A stretch of 64,000 nt of DNA from Lepidodermella squamata (GCA_047495785.1 JBLDXI010000015.1:3224001-3288000), one strand, 5' to 3'. Counted from the stretch's first letter, positions 12,194 through 23,435 are shown. The notes: generated from the sequence alone by a model not told the origin. Translations and numbers: made by a program.

Positions 12194-14320
12194 ATGAAAA
12201 GCGAAGCCAGTATGTCTGGACTTCATAGGGGCATAGTAGTTTGTTCCACCGAGATGAGCTCCGACTCTGATCGGTCTGCCCGCTCAGCGGGCAAGGTCAA
12301 GCCTTGCGATTGCAAGCAAGTCCATCGGACGGCCACTGCTTCGCGAGGAGTCCCCGAAGCCCTTGGTTGGATCCTTGAAGGACCCCAAGTTGGCAGAGCG
12401 ATGCTCCCCTGTCCGGCTCCGGCTGGAGATCCTCGTTGTTCGACGGCCTATGGCCCGAATAACGAGCACCAGCCTTTAGCAAGGATAGAGGCTATGGGAG
12501 TAGTTCCAGCTGTCGGAGATCCTCGCAATCTTGAGCTAAAAGCTCAGAGGGCTGAGAACCGACAAGGCGACCCACCGGAGGCGCTTGGCGTGTTGCATCA
12601 GGTTCTTCGCCTACGAGGTGGAGGCAATCCTACTTCTGGTAAAACCCAGAGGGGGAATGCTACGGCCACGGGTGGCGCCAAAAGGCAGGCGAAAACTAAC
12701 TCGCAGCCTGGCGGTATCACCCAGACCGTACCGATGTCACAACTGAGCGATGACGAAGGTGAGGAGGAACTGCCCCACAAGTCGGCCCGTAACAAAGCTG
12801 GCCCGTCGCCTCGTATTCCTCTGAAGGAGCTTGAGGCAGATCTCAACCTGTCTGAGGATGACGACGATGACGATGCCGACATGGATGTGGACAAGGAGGA
12901 TGCAGCAGGTCAGGATCAAGGTTTCACGAAGGTGGAGTCGAAGAAGAAGAAACAACGACGGAACAAGAAGTCTGGTGAGAGGAAGAAGGAAGATGCTGCT
13001 AAGATTGTTATGATCGATCGGATCCCGTTGTCTTTTGGCAAGCCGACCGAAAAAGCCGTGTTGAAGGAGGTTGATCGCATCGCACCGGGAGCTGTGATCA
13101 AGAGCTTTAGCACGCTTCAGCGCGGCGGGCTGATGCTGGTCTGCGGTTCTGCTTTCTCGGCGGAGTCGATCAAGCGCTCGACTTACTGGGGGCTCAACTC
13201 GAAGCCTGCCTTTGGAGGCGCTGTCTGCCATGCTCCGTCAGGAAAGGTTTTCGACGAGAAGGGAAGGGCCGTCGACAATGTGATAATTGTTGAGAAGCAT
13301 AAGCTGATTACCGACTCTCTGTCGAGCGATTGGACCGCAGAAGAAATCCTCGAGTACATGAAGGACTACGGCGTCAAGCGAGTTGTCAAGTTGAGCAGTA
13401 AGCGACCCAGGCACTTTCCAGTGCTGATGGAATTCGAGTCGGAGGAACGAGCAACCTTCGTCAAGGAGTTTGAGGGCGGTTTCACGTTCTGCGGCAAGCT
13501 TCTGAACTTTAGGCATCCGAAAACCCACAAGGGCCCGGTCATTTGCAATCGCTGCCAGTGTATCGGCCACCCAGCCACCCGGTGCGACAATGAGTTACGC
13601 TGTGCTGACTGTGCTCAAGCTGGCCATTCGCGTGGGGCGCCGGAGTGCCCGAAGAAGGAGGATCCAGTCAAGGTTTGCTCGCTGTGCGACAATACAGTCA
13701 GGCCGCACCCCTCTGGCCATCGTTCATGCCCGGTCTTCAAGAAGAAGAGGCAGGAGATGTACGAGACGAGGAAAGCCGAACTTCAGCAGCAGCAGCAGAA
13801 GCAGAAGCAGTCGAAGTTGAGCGAGTCCACAAAGAAGCGAGTCGAGGATAATTCTTCGAAGCAGCAGGTGTCGTCGTCATCGTCATCGAAGACAGGACCT
13901 GAGCTGCAGGCTCGTGGACAGGAGGGCTCGCAGGCCTCTGGCCAAAACCGTCCACTTGGTGCCGATTTTGTCAAGTCGCCGTCGAAATCGCAGAAGAAGA
14001 ACATGAAGCGTCGTCAGAAGAAGCTCGAAGCAGCCAAGCAGGATCAAGCCGCAGCTGAAGGTCAAGGTCAAGGTTCGCGACCGGTGACAACAGCCGATTT
14101 GTACGCGTTTCTCGGCAAGATGGCGGCCTGCATGACAACCATGCTGGAACAAGCCCGGCAAGCTGGGAAGAATGCGAATATGGCTGTGCTAGTTAACGCC
14201 ACTATTACGAACCTTTTCGTGTCGAGCTTTCCCGGCATAGCAGAGTCCTTGGAAGCAGCCAACCCGGCTCGCCCTGCTCCGAAGTTCACCCGAAATAAGA
14301 ATTCGAATGATCTTAGGTGA
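12194..14320 (+). CDS. Retrotransposon ORF1 (gag-like nucleic-acid chaperone)
   Basis: Three knuckles: CNRCQCIGHPATRC, CADCAQAGHSRGAPEC, CSLCDNTVRPHPSGHRSCP. Also an RRM-like segment and a GFTKVESKKKK basic patch. First in-frame ATG at 12194 (frame open from 12173). Confidence 0.92.
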   Translation: MKSEASMSGLHRGIVVCSTEMSSDSDRSARSAGKVKPCDCKQVHRTATASRGVPEALGWILEGPQVGRAMLPCPAPAGDPRCSTAYGPNNEHQPLARIEAMGVVPAVGDPRNLELKAQRAENRQGDPPEALGVLHQVLRLRGGGNPTSGKTQRGNATATGGAKRQAKTNSQPGGITQTVPMSQLSDDEGEEELPHKSARNKAGPSPRIPLKELEADLNLSEDDDDDDADMDVDKEDAAGQDQGFTKVESKKKKQRRNKKSGERKKEDAAKIVMIDRIPLSFGKPTEKAVLKEVDRIAPGAVIKSFSTLQRGGLMLVCGSAFSAESIKRSTYWGLNSKPAFGGAVCHAPSGKVFDEKGRAVDNVIIVEKHKLITDSLSSDWTAEEILEYMKDYGVKRVVKLSSKRPRHFPVLMEFESEERATFVKEFEGGFTFCGKLLNFRHPKTHKGPVICNRCQCIGHPATRCDNELRCADCAQAGHSRGAPECPKKEDPVKVCSLCDNTVRPHPSGHRSCPVFKKKRQEMYETRKAELQQQQQKQKQSKLSESTKKRVEDNSSKQQVSSSSSSKTGPELQARGQEGSQASGQNRPLGADFVKSPSKSQKKNMKRRQKKLEAAKQDQAAAEGQGQGSRPVTTADLYAFLGKMAACMTTMLEQARQAGKNANMAVLVNATITNLFVSSFPGIAESLEAANPARPAPKFTRNKNSNDLR

Positions 14321-17084
14321 ATGGAATATCAGGAGCCTGTCAGGTAAGCCGCATGAGTTCAACACAGTAGTCTCTGACTTCAGATTTGACTGTTTATTTT
14401 TGTGCGAAACTTTGCGAAAATCAAATTCGAAAATCGCTGTTCCGGCTGGCTACGAGCTTGTTCCGCACGACAGGATCGACGAGGACGGGAGAGAAGCTGA
14501 AGGTGGTGGGATCGCGTGGCTGGTGAAGAAGAATCTGCGGGTGTGCGACATCCGGCGGTCTCGGCCTGGTGCATTCGTCGAGTATCTGGCAATCAAGCTG
14601 GAGAAGCAGGACGGATCTGGCTTCTGGCTAGTAGGTGTCTACATCCCTGATGGAAAGCGTCTGTGGGACCCGGACTTCTTGCTTACGTTTGCCGCTGAGT
14701 GCCCTACCGTGGTCTGTGGCGATTTCAATTCGCGTCATGGCGAGTTTGGCGTACGGCAAGGAGCTTCGGTAAACGCGTCTGGTCGGCTCATGGTCGAATT
14801 CTTAGCGCGTAGTCCGTACTCACTTCTTGGCGATAAGCGGGCCACTCATTTGCGTGGTAGCAGACTGGATCTCTGGTTTTGCTCGGCTGACCTGGCAGGA
14901 TATTTTAGCTCGTACCGTGTCGGAGGCTTGTATAATAGTGACCACAATGTCACGTCGATTAATTTCGACATACAGGCCTCGTGGCGCGCGTACCCTCCGG
15001 TTCGGCCTTGCTATAATAGAACCAATTTTTGCTTGTTCCAATCTATTCTAGAGGAAGGCCTTGGGGAAATCAAGATCCCCGAGGTCTCGACTCCAGACGA
15101 AGTCAAGCGGTATGGCGGCGAGATTTCTACGGCGATCTGCAAAGCTAGGGATGAGGCGGTTGTTCTTGTACCGGCTGGCAAGGTCCCCGGCTATCGTGCG
15201 ACGCCTGCCATGCGGCTGGCCATTTCCAATCGTCACCGGTACCTGCGTTTGTACAAGAAGACTGGTCGGCCGATTTATCAGCACTTGGCGAATCAAGCAT
15301 ACAACCGTTTCAAGCGGCTAGGCAAGGAAGCAGATGAGTTGGCGAAGACGAGGAAGATGAAGAGATTGGAGCAAAATCGGCGGGTCAACCTTCGACAGTT
15401 CTTTGCTCTTCTGAAACAAGTGTCGAGTGGCGAAGGTGCGTCGCAAGCCCCTGCAGTTCAACCGCTCAAGAACGCGCAGTCTGGTCAAGTGATCGTTTCG
15501 GACGTCGAGAAAGCTGAGCTGCTTGGCGAGCATATGGCAAAGGCAGTTCGGGCTCCTGAGTCTGAAGAAGTGTGTGAAGAATATCGGCATCACCATCGGG
15601 CAGTTTCCCTGTTCGTAGCCGAGCATCCTGAGGTTTTTCGGCCCCTTCCGACGGCCCCAATGGAAACGAGGATCAAGGTCTCTCGTGGCGAGTTTAGGGC
15701 GGCGATTCGACGGCTGAAGCTGAAGGCTCCGGGTCACGACGAGATCAGCAACTTGTTACTGAAGCGCGGTGGCTCAGTCCTCTGGAATCATCTTCGACGC
15801 TTGTTCAACATGAGTTTGGCGTGCGGCTTTGTACCAGAAGATTGGAAGTTAGCTATCATCGTACCCTTGCCAAGGCAGGGTAAGGATTTGGCGTCTCCGG
15901 GCGGTTACCGGCCGGTCTCTCTACTACCGACGATGGCGAAGCTGTTGGAGCTGATCCTTGCAAGACGGCTGCGGGATCTCTTCGAGCAGCATGGTCTTCT
16001 GCCTCTCCACCAAAGCGGCTTTAGGCAGTTTCACTCGACGACCGACCAGACTTTCCGCTTGTCCCAGCTCGCGGCGATGTCTCGTTTGCGCAGGGAGGTC
16101 TTTATAGCGGCTCTTCTTGACTTCGAGGGCGCTTTCAACGCGGTGTGGCATGACGGGCTACGCAAGAAGCTCTACGATTGTCCGGTCATCGATCGAGGAT
16201 TGGTTCGCTGGCTTTCGTCGTACCTCGAAGGGCGATCCTTTGTCGTCCGGGTGGGTGACTCTTTCAGTCCTACAAAGTTCAGCATCGGCTCGGGCGTGCC
16301 GCAAGGCTCTGCCCTGAGTCCAATACTCTTTGCTTTCTTCACAGCAGATCTGTATCCGGATGACGCTGGCCTTGGTACCGCCTCTGCTGCTACTTACGCT
16401 GACGACGTTTTGGTCTGCGAAGCGGCGTGTTGGGCTGGTCTGGCGACGGCGAGAGTGCAAGCTGCACTACGGCAGATCGAGCGCTGGAGTCGGCTGTGGC
16501 GTCTTCCTCTCAACCCGTTGAAATGTCAGGTGATGGCGTTCAACACGAATGAAGTCCCTGATCTCCGTATTGGCGGTCAACAGTTGCCTGTTGTGAAATC
16601 AGCTACGTACCTCGGCATCTTATTCGACAGTAATCAGACCTTCAAACTGCATTTCGACAAAATCGTCAAAGACGCTCGGTCTCGAATTGCTGGATTGGCC
16701 TCGATCTGTTATCCGGGATCGCCCGTGTCCTTCGAGACGCGGAAGTTGGTTTACGTAACGACGGTCAGACCGATCCTTGAGTACGCCTGTGCGACTTTTC
16801 TGCACGTCTCGGCCAAGCAGTTTCGTCGGCTTGAGGTTCTTCAGAACTGGGCACTACGCCTCATTCTCGGAATCGACCCGCGTGAACACCTGAATGGTGC
16901 TGAGCTCTGTCGCCGTGCTGGTTTACCGCTGCTCCGTGAACGGATGGTCCAACTCGCTGGTAACTTCGGCAACCGTGCGCTAATACATGTCCGACCTGTC
17001 GCTGATGTTATCCGAAAGGATATATCGTGCGAAGCGGTGGCTGGTACGCCTTTGGGCGCGTTTAAGCATCTGTTGTTTATTTAA
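14307..17084 (+). CDS. Retrotransposon ORF2: apurinic-like endonuclease + reverse transcriptase, 925 aa
   Basis: APE motifs EWNIRSL, LCET, GGGIA, GDFNSRH, SRLDL, SDHN. RT motifs KAPGHD, YRPVSLL, QSGFR, AFNAVWHDGL, GVPQGSALSP, YADD, YLG. No RNase H, no C-terminal CCHC, no RLE. Confidence 0.97.
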   Translation: MILGEWNIRSLSGKPHEFNTVVSDFRFDCLFLCETLRKSNSKIAVPAGYELVPHDRIDEDGREAEGGGIAWLVKKNLRVCDIRRSRPGAFVEYLAIKLEKQDGSGFWLVGVYIPDGKRLWDPDFLLTFAAECPTVVCGDFNSRHGEFGVRQGASVNASGRLMVEFLARSPYSLLGDKRATHLRGSRLDLWFCSADLAGYFSSYRVGGLYNSDHNVTSINFDIQASWRAYPPVRPCYNRTNFCLFQSILEEGLGEIKIPEVSTPDEVKRYGGEISTAICKARDEAVVLVPAGKVPGYRATPAMRLAISNRHRYLRLYKKTGRPIYQHLANQAYNRFKRLGKEADELAKTRKMKRLEQNRRVNLRQFFALLKQVSSGEGASQAPAVQPLKNAQSGQVIVSDVEKAELLGEHMAKAVRAPESEEVCEEYRHHHRAVSLFVAEHPEVFRPLPTAPMETRIKVSRGEFRAAIRRLKLKAPGHDEISNLLLKRGGSVLWNHLRRLFNMSLACGFVPEDWKLAIIVPLPRQGKDLASPGGYRPVSLLPTMAKLLELILARRLRDLFEQHGLLPLHQSGFRQFHSTTDQTFRLSQLAAMSRLRREVFIAALLDFEGAFNAVWHDGLRKKLYDCPVIDRGLVRWLSSYLEGRSFVVRVGDSFSPTKFSIGSGVPQGSALSPILFAFFTADLYPDDAGLGTASAATYADDVLVCEAACWAGLATARVQAALRQIERWSRLWRLPLNPLKCQVMAFNTNEVPDLRIGGQQLPVVKSATYLGILFDSNQTFKLHFDKIVKDARSRIAGLASICYPGSPVSFETRKLVYVTTVRPILEYACATFLHVSAKQFRRLEVLQNWALRLILGIDPREHLNGAELCRRAGLPLLRERMVQLAGNFGNRALIHVRPVADVIRKDISCEAVAGTPLGAFKHLLFI

Positions 17085-17411
17085 TCTTTGTAAATATTTC
17101 CGTCTCGATCTCGGTGGTATAGTGTAAATATAGTGTAAATACTTTTTAACTAGCTTCGGCTACGCAGCTCCTTGCTATTGTTGTCCAGAATCTTGCGCGT
17201 GTCTTTATTTTTATAACAGAATAAGATTAAGAGGAGAACGACTTATGACCAGCGATATGCGCAATGCATTTTGTTGACTTCTACAGTCTTGTTAATTGCC
17301 TCAGCTTTGATACATTTATGTCTCATTTCTGTTTTGTTGTTGAAAGCAGACAGAGGGCTATAAGATTTGATATCATGAAGTCCTTCGCCAAATAAAATAA
17401 CCCGCGTTGGC

Positions 17412-17576
17412 AAGTGTAGTATCTGTTCTTTGTAGTTTAATATCTACAACGGCCTCCATGTGGGGCCTACGATATTAGCCCTATTTTTGGCTTGCCGGGC
17501 GGGAGCAGCCAGCTTGCTGGACCCCGTCCACGAGTCGGCCCGGTATTGCAGTACCTCCGGGATTCGGCTCACCCCC
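17412..17576 (+). ncRNA. U2: 3' part (nt 31-195) of the interrupted U2 snRNA gene
   Basis: AAGTGTAGTATCTGTTCTT, Sm site ATTTTTG, loop IV TATTGCAGTAC. One substitution (17493) versus the intact copies. Confidence 0.95.
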
Positions 17577-17723
17577 TGAAACACGGGGGAATGAAACCTA
17601 AAAACAAATATCTAGGATCTAGTCTGAAGGCTCTAGTGATAGTCTCCTGTGTCTTGAAACATTTTATCTCATCGCCTGAATTGGAAGGAAAAATCAATAA
17701 AATATTGATAAAATCAGGAAAAA

Positions 17724-17796
17724 TGGAGGATACGGGCGTCGATCCCGTTACCTCTCGCATGCTAAGCGAGCGCTCTACCATTTGAGCTAATCCCCC
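17724..17796 (-). tRNA. tRNA-Ala(AGC)
   Basis: GGGGGATTAGCTCAAATGGTAGAGCGCTCGCTTAGCATGCGAGAGGTAACGGGATCGACGCCCGTATCCTCCA followed by a T5 terminator. Confidence 0.97.
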
Positions 17797-19549
17797 GGCT
17801 TAAATAAAATTGCATTTAAGCCGTATTAAGCTGGTAGGTGATACTCATCATTAACCGGCATCATTAAGCTAATAGAAGCCGACAGCCTAACACTCACGAA
17901 AGTAACTCATCTACTTGCCAGTTGCCAGTGTAAAAAAACATATGGAGACGAAATACTGGCAAAATTTGCAAAATGATGATCTTGGATTTGATAAATAATG
18001 GATTCTTCGTTTCCATACTGAGACGATCAACATTTGGATTAACATTTTCGGCTGCTTCTTCTTCATAGTCATGCTGCGTCCGACAACATCTGATGGTGAA
18101 ATATCGGTAGCTACCCTCATCAAGAAAATCTACTGCTTAGGCGCAGTGGTATGATTTGGATTTTCAGCCGCCTAACACGCATCCGATTGCCACTCCCAGC
18201 GCGTCTCAGCTTTGTTCGCAAAATTCGACTACTGCGGCGTCTCTTTCCTCCTCGGCCGCGGCAATTGATAGCCGCCAATGGATTGATGTTCAATATATAA
18301 CGTTCTATATTTTCACACTGCAGTATTGTTTTTTACATTATTTTATCATTTTATGAGGCTCGAGTCAACGCGCCGAGAGCGTCTCAGACGGAAGGTAGTA
18401 AAATAAAATCCTCTACATGCCTAGTTGACGTTAAATCCTAATAATGAAGGCAACAAAGTTGCTACCAACGCCCACGCCTTCCACGCTATAAGTCAAGCAG
18501 CTTGCGTCCGACTGACGCGCACTTCCCTGCATTTGTTCGACCACGCGAGGAAATACGCGCAGTCATGGCCGATTGCCAGCAGTCGAATGGCTGAATATGG
18601 CGGCCAGTCCGGTTGCGATTGACGAACTTGCTAGTATGATGACGTCAAAGGTTCCATCCGCCGCGTTGTTCATCAGCTACAACAAACGCAGTCCAAAGAG
18701 TAAACAACCGAAAAGTCGGAATAATTCCCGAGGAAGCCAAAGTATCGGCTCAACATCTAGGGATGCGCTGAATCCTGGTACTAAACTAAACTGATGAACT
18801 GATTTTTTACTGCCCTTATTTTTATCATCTTGCGATGTGATCTTGCCAAATTTTACTGCTCACTTCTGGGTTTCTGGATGATTACTGACTACAATGCTAA
18901 AAAGTTACTTTGCTGTGGCTACTTTATTGTATAATAAAAGCGATGCACTTTGTATAAGAATAAGAGTCATTTCCGGTTCTTAATGAATGCAGGCCTTGCA
19001 AGTGGCCATTTCCGGTGTTTAATGCGTAAGACAAGCAGCATTCATGCGATGAAGGCGTGTCAATATCAAGAGGGTGGAGTGATCTCTTTGTTCCGGCGCT
19101 TTGAGACAACGTTTTTTGAGACACACCTACACGATTTTCTAACCCATTTCTAGCCGTTGTTTACATAGCCTATATGAAGGTATTAGCGCGACCAAGAGGC
19201 ATGTATCATGTATCATTCTCGCCGGAGAAGATACGTCCGACACGGCAAACTTATATTCCAAATTAGAGGTATAATAGACATCATCGCCTCGTCAAATTCA
19301 TTTCATGCAATATTCCAAGAATATTATTGTTTCCCTTATACAAAATGAAAATTATGGAAACAGCCAAGATTCTCAGCTTTCCAGCCTTCTTTTTTATTTC
19401 CCATAGAGTCAACCATGCGCAGTTTTTTGACAATTTAACTTTTTTGCATGAGGAAAAAGTTGTAAGACAAAATTTTCGATATTTTCAATATTTCACTAAT
19501 ATTATAAAAATTCGATTACGATTATCCAAACTATTTATTGTAACTACGT

Positions 19550-20314
19550 CACTCTATTTCAAACCCGCTCTTCCGGCCGCATGCGGCTGGCGAGGCCCAA
19601 TTTTGCGGCCGGCGGAGGTCTGTCTGGAGGTCTCTGGCATTGCGTGCGGCCGGACGGCACTTTCGAAGGCAATAATCTAGGATTTTAAAAAAATTTTGAA
19701 TTTTTTTCCCGCAAAAATGGCCTTGTCTGAATAATAAATAGCCAAAAATTCTCTAGCAAATTTCTCGCTTCGCTGGTTTCCATTTTTTATCTTTCACTAC
19801 TTTTCGATTGGAGGTCGACAATTGTTTATTCGAAAATTATCATAATCGACTTTTTAGCAATGGTAGCCTGTTCTGTAATTTTAGTTTCAACCTATACCTA
19901 TTGAAATTAGAAATTTGACATAAGCCTGAGCTATTTCATAGTTCATATCCTTCATTCTAAAGCTGTTTTTTGACTTCAAGGTCCGAGGTCATTTGCGACT
20001 TTCGAGTTTTTTAGGCGCTTTTTTATTAGTTATTAGGCCGAATATTATTTTCTCATTTCGATTGCATAATTACATGAAATTCCGGCCAATGCCAGCAGGC
20101 ATTGCATTTTCACTTCAAAGCAAGGTACACCCAATTTAACCCTAAAAACCAATCTTCCGCACTCAAAAACTTCAACTTTCGATTTTAGAGGCGTGCGGCC
20201 GGGAAGGTCCTATATTTTATCATTGCAAACGGCCGGTTGAGGGTTCAAGTGACCGGAAAGGTCACCAGCCAGCCGCAATTTTGACCGGGAGCGAAAATAG
20301 TTTGAGAACCGCTG
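19550..20314. mobile_element. Degenerate non-autonomous hAT-like element
   Basis: Right end TTTGAGAACCGCTG; left end CACTCTATTTCAAAC followed by GCGGCC subterminal repeats. TSD not recoverable. Confidence 0.5.
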
Positions 20315-20944
20315 CTTAATTTTACTATTTATTTTCTATGGTTCCACGTCGATAGAATCCGAAAGGGAAATCAGGGTGAGAATCTGAGACATTTTTACGC
20401 CATCTGCCCATATTATTACTCATCTCTGTGGGTTCAAGTAACTATTAATTGAAATTATGAAACTGAGCGTGACTTTGATTAGCCTAAAATGGCTAACCAC
20501 ATTTTCAAAAACTCAAGTCGTGATCTGGATAGTATCACGAACTAAACCCTGGGCTAAACTGAGAAATGTTTGTTTCTCAATAGTTTAACACACCTTCCGA
20601 CTGCAGTTATTCTCTGTTCACTTTTTTGAATGGCCACAACATCAGCATTACGACGGGAAAAGTGTAATAATGTAAAATGGTTGAACTTGTCGCTCACTCC
20701 TCAACACGTATATCGACGCCTACGCGTGCGTGCGCTACATTGACGTGTGTGGGCACTCTATACGTACTTGTAGCTACATTGAAGAAAAACTCCTGTTGAA
20801 ACAAATGAGTATTAGGAAAATTAGCGATTCGTCATCACCACTCACCTCTTCATTTTCCGCTTGTTTTATCATAGGATGTTGAATTAAGTTTTGTGAATTT
20901 GAATTATTTTTTAATCGAAAAAAGGCTTCATTAATGTCTAGACA

Positions 20945-23297
20945 ATGACTACGCCATGTATCATTAAGGCGGCCTTCTTTTACATTATGGCAACCTACTT
21001 GGCAACATTTGAGGCGAAAAGCGTGACTGGGGACGATGCGAATAATTCTAGTAAAATGTATTCAATACTCACCTATGATGAGCCATTTGTTACCACAACT
21101 TACGGTGGTACCAATGTAACCTTTCTCATCTTCGGAGATAGTTACCGTGCAGCGACAGCGAATCTTACTATCAATCGATTTGAAGGTGGTAATTCGAAAC
21201 TGCTCAAAACCTACACACGATCGGTTAGTTTTTTCAATTTTTCAAAAAATTTACGTTCGATTTGAATCTATAACAGGCAATTTGCTCGAATTTAGTGAAT
21301 GAGATTAGATGCATTCTTCCGGATTTGTCTCAAGTTCTACCCTCGAAAAATGGAAATTTTCTGAAACTTAGCCAAGCTATAATTATGAAACCTTGCCAAA
21401 ACGCAACCAGTAAAGCGCAGCTCACCGATGAAGTCTGGTGTCATGAGCTTTTTATCGACGGAGTACTAGCTAAGCCATCCATCCCTCCAGGCCAGGACAT
21501 GTACATAAAATATATCCCGAGTCCTTTATTCACCAATGCGACCTTGGTCGGTCGGCGGTTGGTGCGGCTATCCGGTCGAGGTTTCAGTCAAGTTTTTGGC
21601 ACATCGTCGACATTTGGAGATTATCGCGAATTCCCGTACCGACGCGATGGTAACCAAGTTCCACCCCACGAATTAAAATATGGCTCTTGCAAATGTGTAA
21701 TCGACTTGGATCGATCGAATGAATCTGATATCTTTTGCACCTGGGACACGGAAATCGAACCCCAAGAATCTGTTCAAGTAAGTTTATTTTATAGGGTCGT
21801 TATATTCATACTTAAATAAGTACGCGTTATTTGATATTCCTACTTAAGCGGCTTTCCGCTTTAGGAATATTCGACATTTTTCGACCATACTATTCAGCTT
21901 TTAAAACTGAGTAAGAATCATATCTCACTCAGAAAGCTGAGGTAACTTGGACTTGTCAAATTTGCTGGCAAAATCAGGAGTTTCTCCCTATTTTCATTAA
22001 TTTGGATCTACGGTTCAGGTTTCCTGAGCTTTCCAACCGTAATTTCATGTTTTTGGATGCAAATTTGACCGTGGTCAGACTTTTCAGCAGTGACACTTCA
22101 GCAAATGAGGGTCAAATCAGCAGTGACTATCCATCAGTGACACCTTGTCAGTGAAAAATCCATAAAAATCTAATTTTTGTATTAATTTAAATGATTCATG
22201 TAGACAAGTGAGCAGTGACATTTCAGCAGCGACAAAATATCAGTGACTATTGAGCAGTGACTTTTCATCAGTGACAAATGAGCAAGTGACATTTCGTCAA
22301 TTTTTATTTATTAATCTTGGGCATTGACCTTGCACTTTTTGAGCTCGACTTCAATGTAGCGCATAGTCCCCCTGCTTAGGGTGGCTAAAATTCTCCTGAT
22401 GAAATGTCTCCGCTGAAATGTCACTGCGCAAATGTCATTGAGATAAAAATAATAAATTTGAAAAAATATAGGAAAAATTAACAAAAATCGCTGCTGACTT
22501 GTCACTGATGATTTGTCACTGCGCAAATGTCGCAGCTCAAATGTCACTGCTCATTTGTCACTGATGAAAAGTCACTGCTCATTTGACCCTCATTTGCTGA
22601 AATGTCACTGCTGAAAAGTCGTACAACCAAATTTGACAAGTCCAAGTTACCTCAGCTTTCTGAGTGAGATATGATTCTTACTCAGTTTTAAAAGCTGAAT
22701 ATTATACTCGAAAAATTTCGAATATTACGAAACCGGAAAGCCGCTCAAGTAGGAATATCAAATAACGCGTAATTATTTAAGTACGAATATCCACTCCGTA
22801 TTTTATAATCGGTAAAATTTTGATTTAATTCAATTTATTAATTTAGTTAATATACCTAAATTAATCAATTAATTATATGTAGTTAATTTGAATTTAACTA
22901 TAAATTATAAATTATTTTTGTTTTATAGGTTGTGATAGGAAATTTTCGAGTCGAAGTACCAATCACAAACAGCTATCAGGCGGCTGAAAACAACAGCTCT
23001 TTACTGCTGTCTAACAATAGGTCCCATATGAATAGATTTTTACCGCTCATCATTATACTGCCCGTTGTTGCCGTCTGCGCTATTGTCGCTACAACAGTGG
23101 CTATTGTGTTAAGGCGGCGTTATTACAAAAATCAGCAACGGGCGGCTATAAGCAACGCGCCAGGAATTATTACATTACCGCCACCTCCTGGAATCAGCAT
23201 GGAACCACCGGTGAGGCCACGGCACGATCATTTTGAACAAATGCCAAACGACAGAATAGCCCGAGCGAAAAAGAACGATTATAAAATTATTTTGTAA
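20945..23297 (+). CDS. Type I single-pass membrane protein of unknown family (3 exons: about 20945-21223, 21277-21777, 22930-23297)
   Basis: Signal peptide, many NxS/T sites, TM (LPLIIILPVVAVCAIVATTVAIVL-RRR) and a Pro-rich tail. Confidence 0.7.
21802..22790. mobile_element. Intronic long-TIR non-autonomous DNA element (about 160 bp arms)
   Basis: 21802-21963 is the reverse complement of about 22629-22790. Confidence 0.85.
22070..22628. mobile_element. Nested foldback/Mutator-like element with AGCAGTGAC repeats
   Basis: Inverted arms GACTTTTCAGCAGTGAC.../...GTCACTGCTGAAAAGTC, and a 9-bp TSD AAATTTGAC at 22061-69 and 22629-37. Confidence 0.75.
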
Positions 23298-23435
23298 TCT
23301 TCTTGTATTAAGTATACACAATTTCAAATCATGTGCTGTGAAATTATTTTTACAAAAATTTTATAAAATTATGAAGACAAGACAAAATAAATTCGAACAA
23401 CTTTATTAAGACTGAAAAACTAAAATATCAATTTT

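Larger units (their letters stand above)
11969..17411 (+). mobile_element. Full-length non-LTR retrotransposon (APE-RT, Jockey/I-group-like) inserted in a U2 snRNA gene
   Basis: Two intact overlapping ORFs and GC-richer sequence than the flanks. U2 5' part lies upstream and U2 nt 31-195 downstream. AAGTGT is duplicated at both junctions. Confidence 0.95.

Noticed and set aside
12284-16805. Many antisense and alternate-frame ORFs within the retrotransposon
   Set aside because: Expected shadows of GC-rich coding sequence.
14307-17084. Assignment to Utopia, Keno or a bacterial RT system (retron, group II intron, DGR)
   Set aside because: There is no RLE domain and no Tx1-type C-terminal zinc finger. 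N-terminal APE plus a gag ORF1 define a eukaryotic LINE.
17900-19500. Several short ORFs downstream of the first tRNA-Ala
   Set aside because: No recognisable domains or consistent exon chain.
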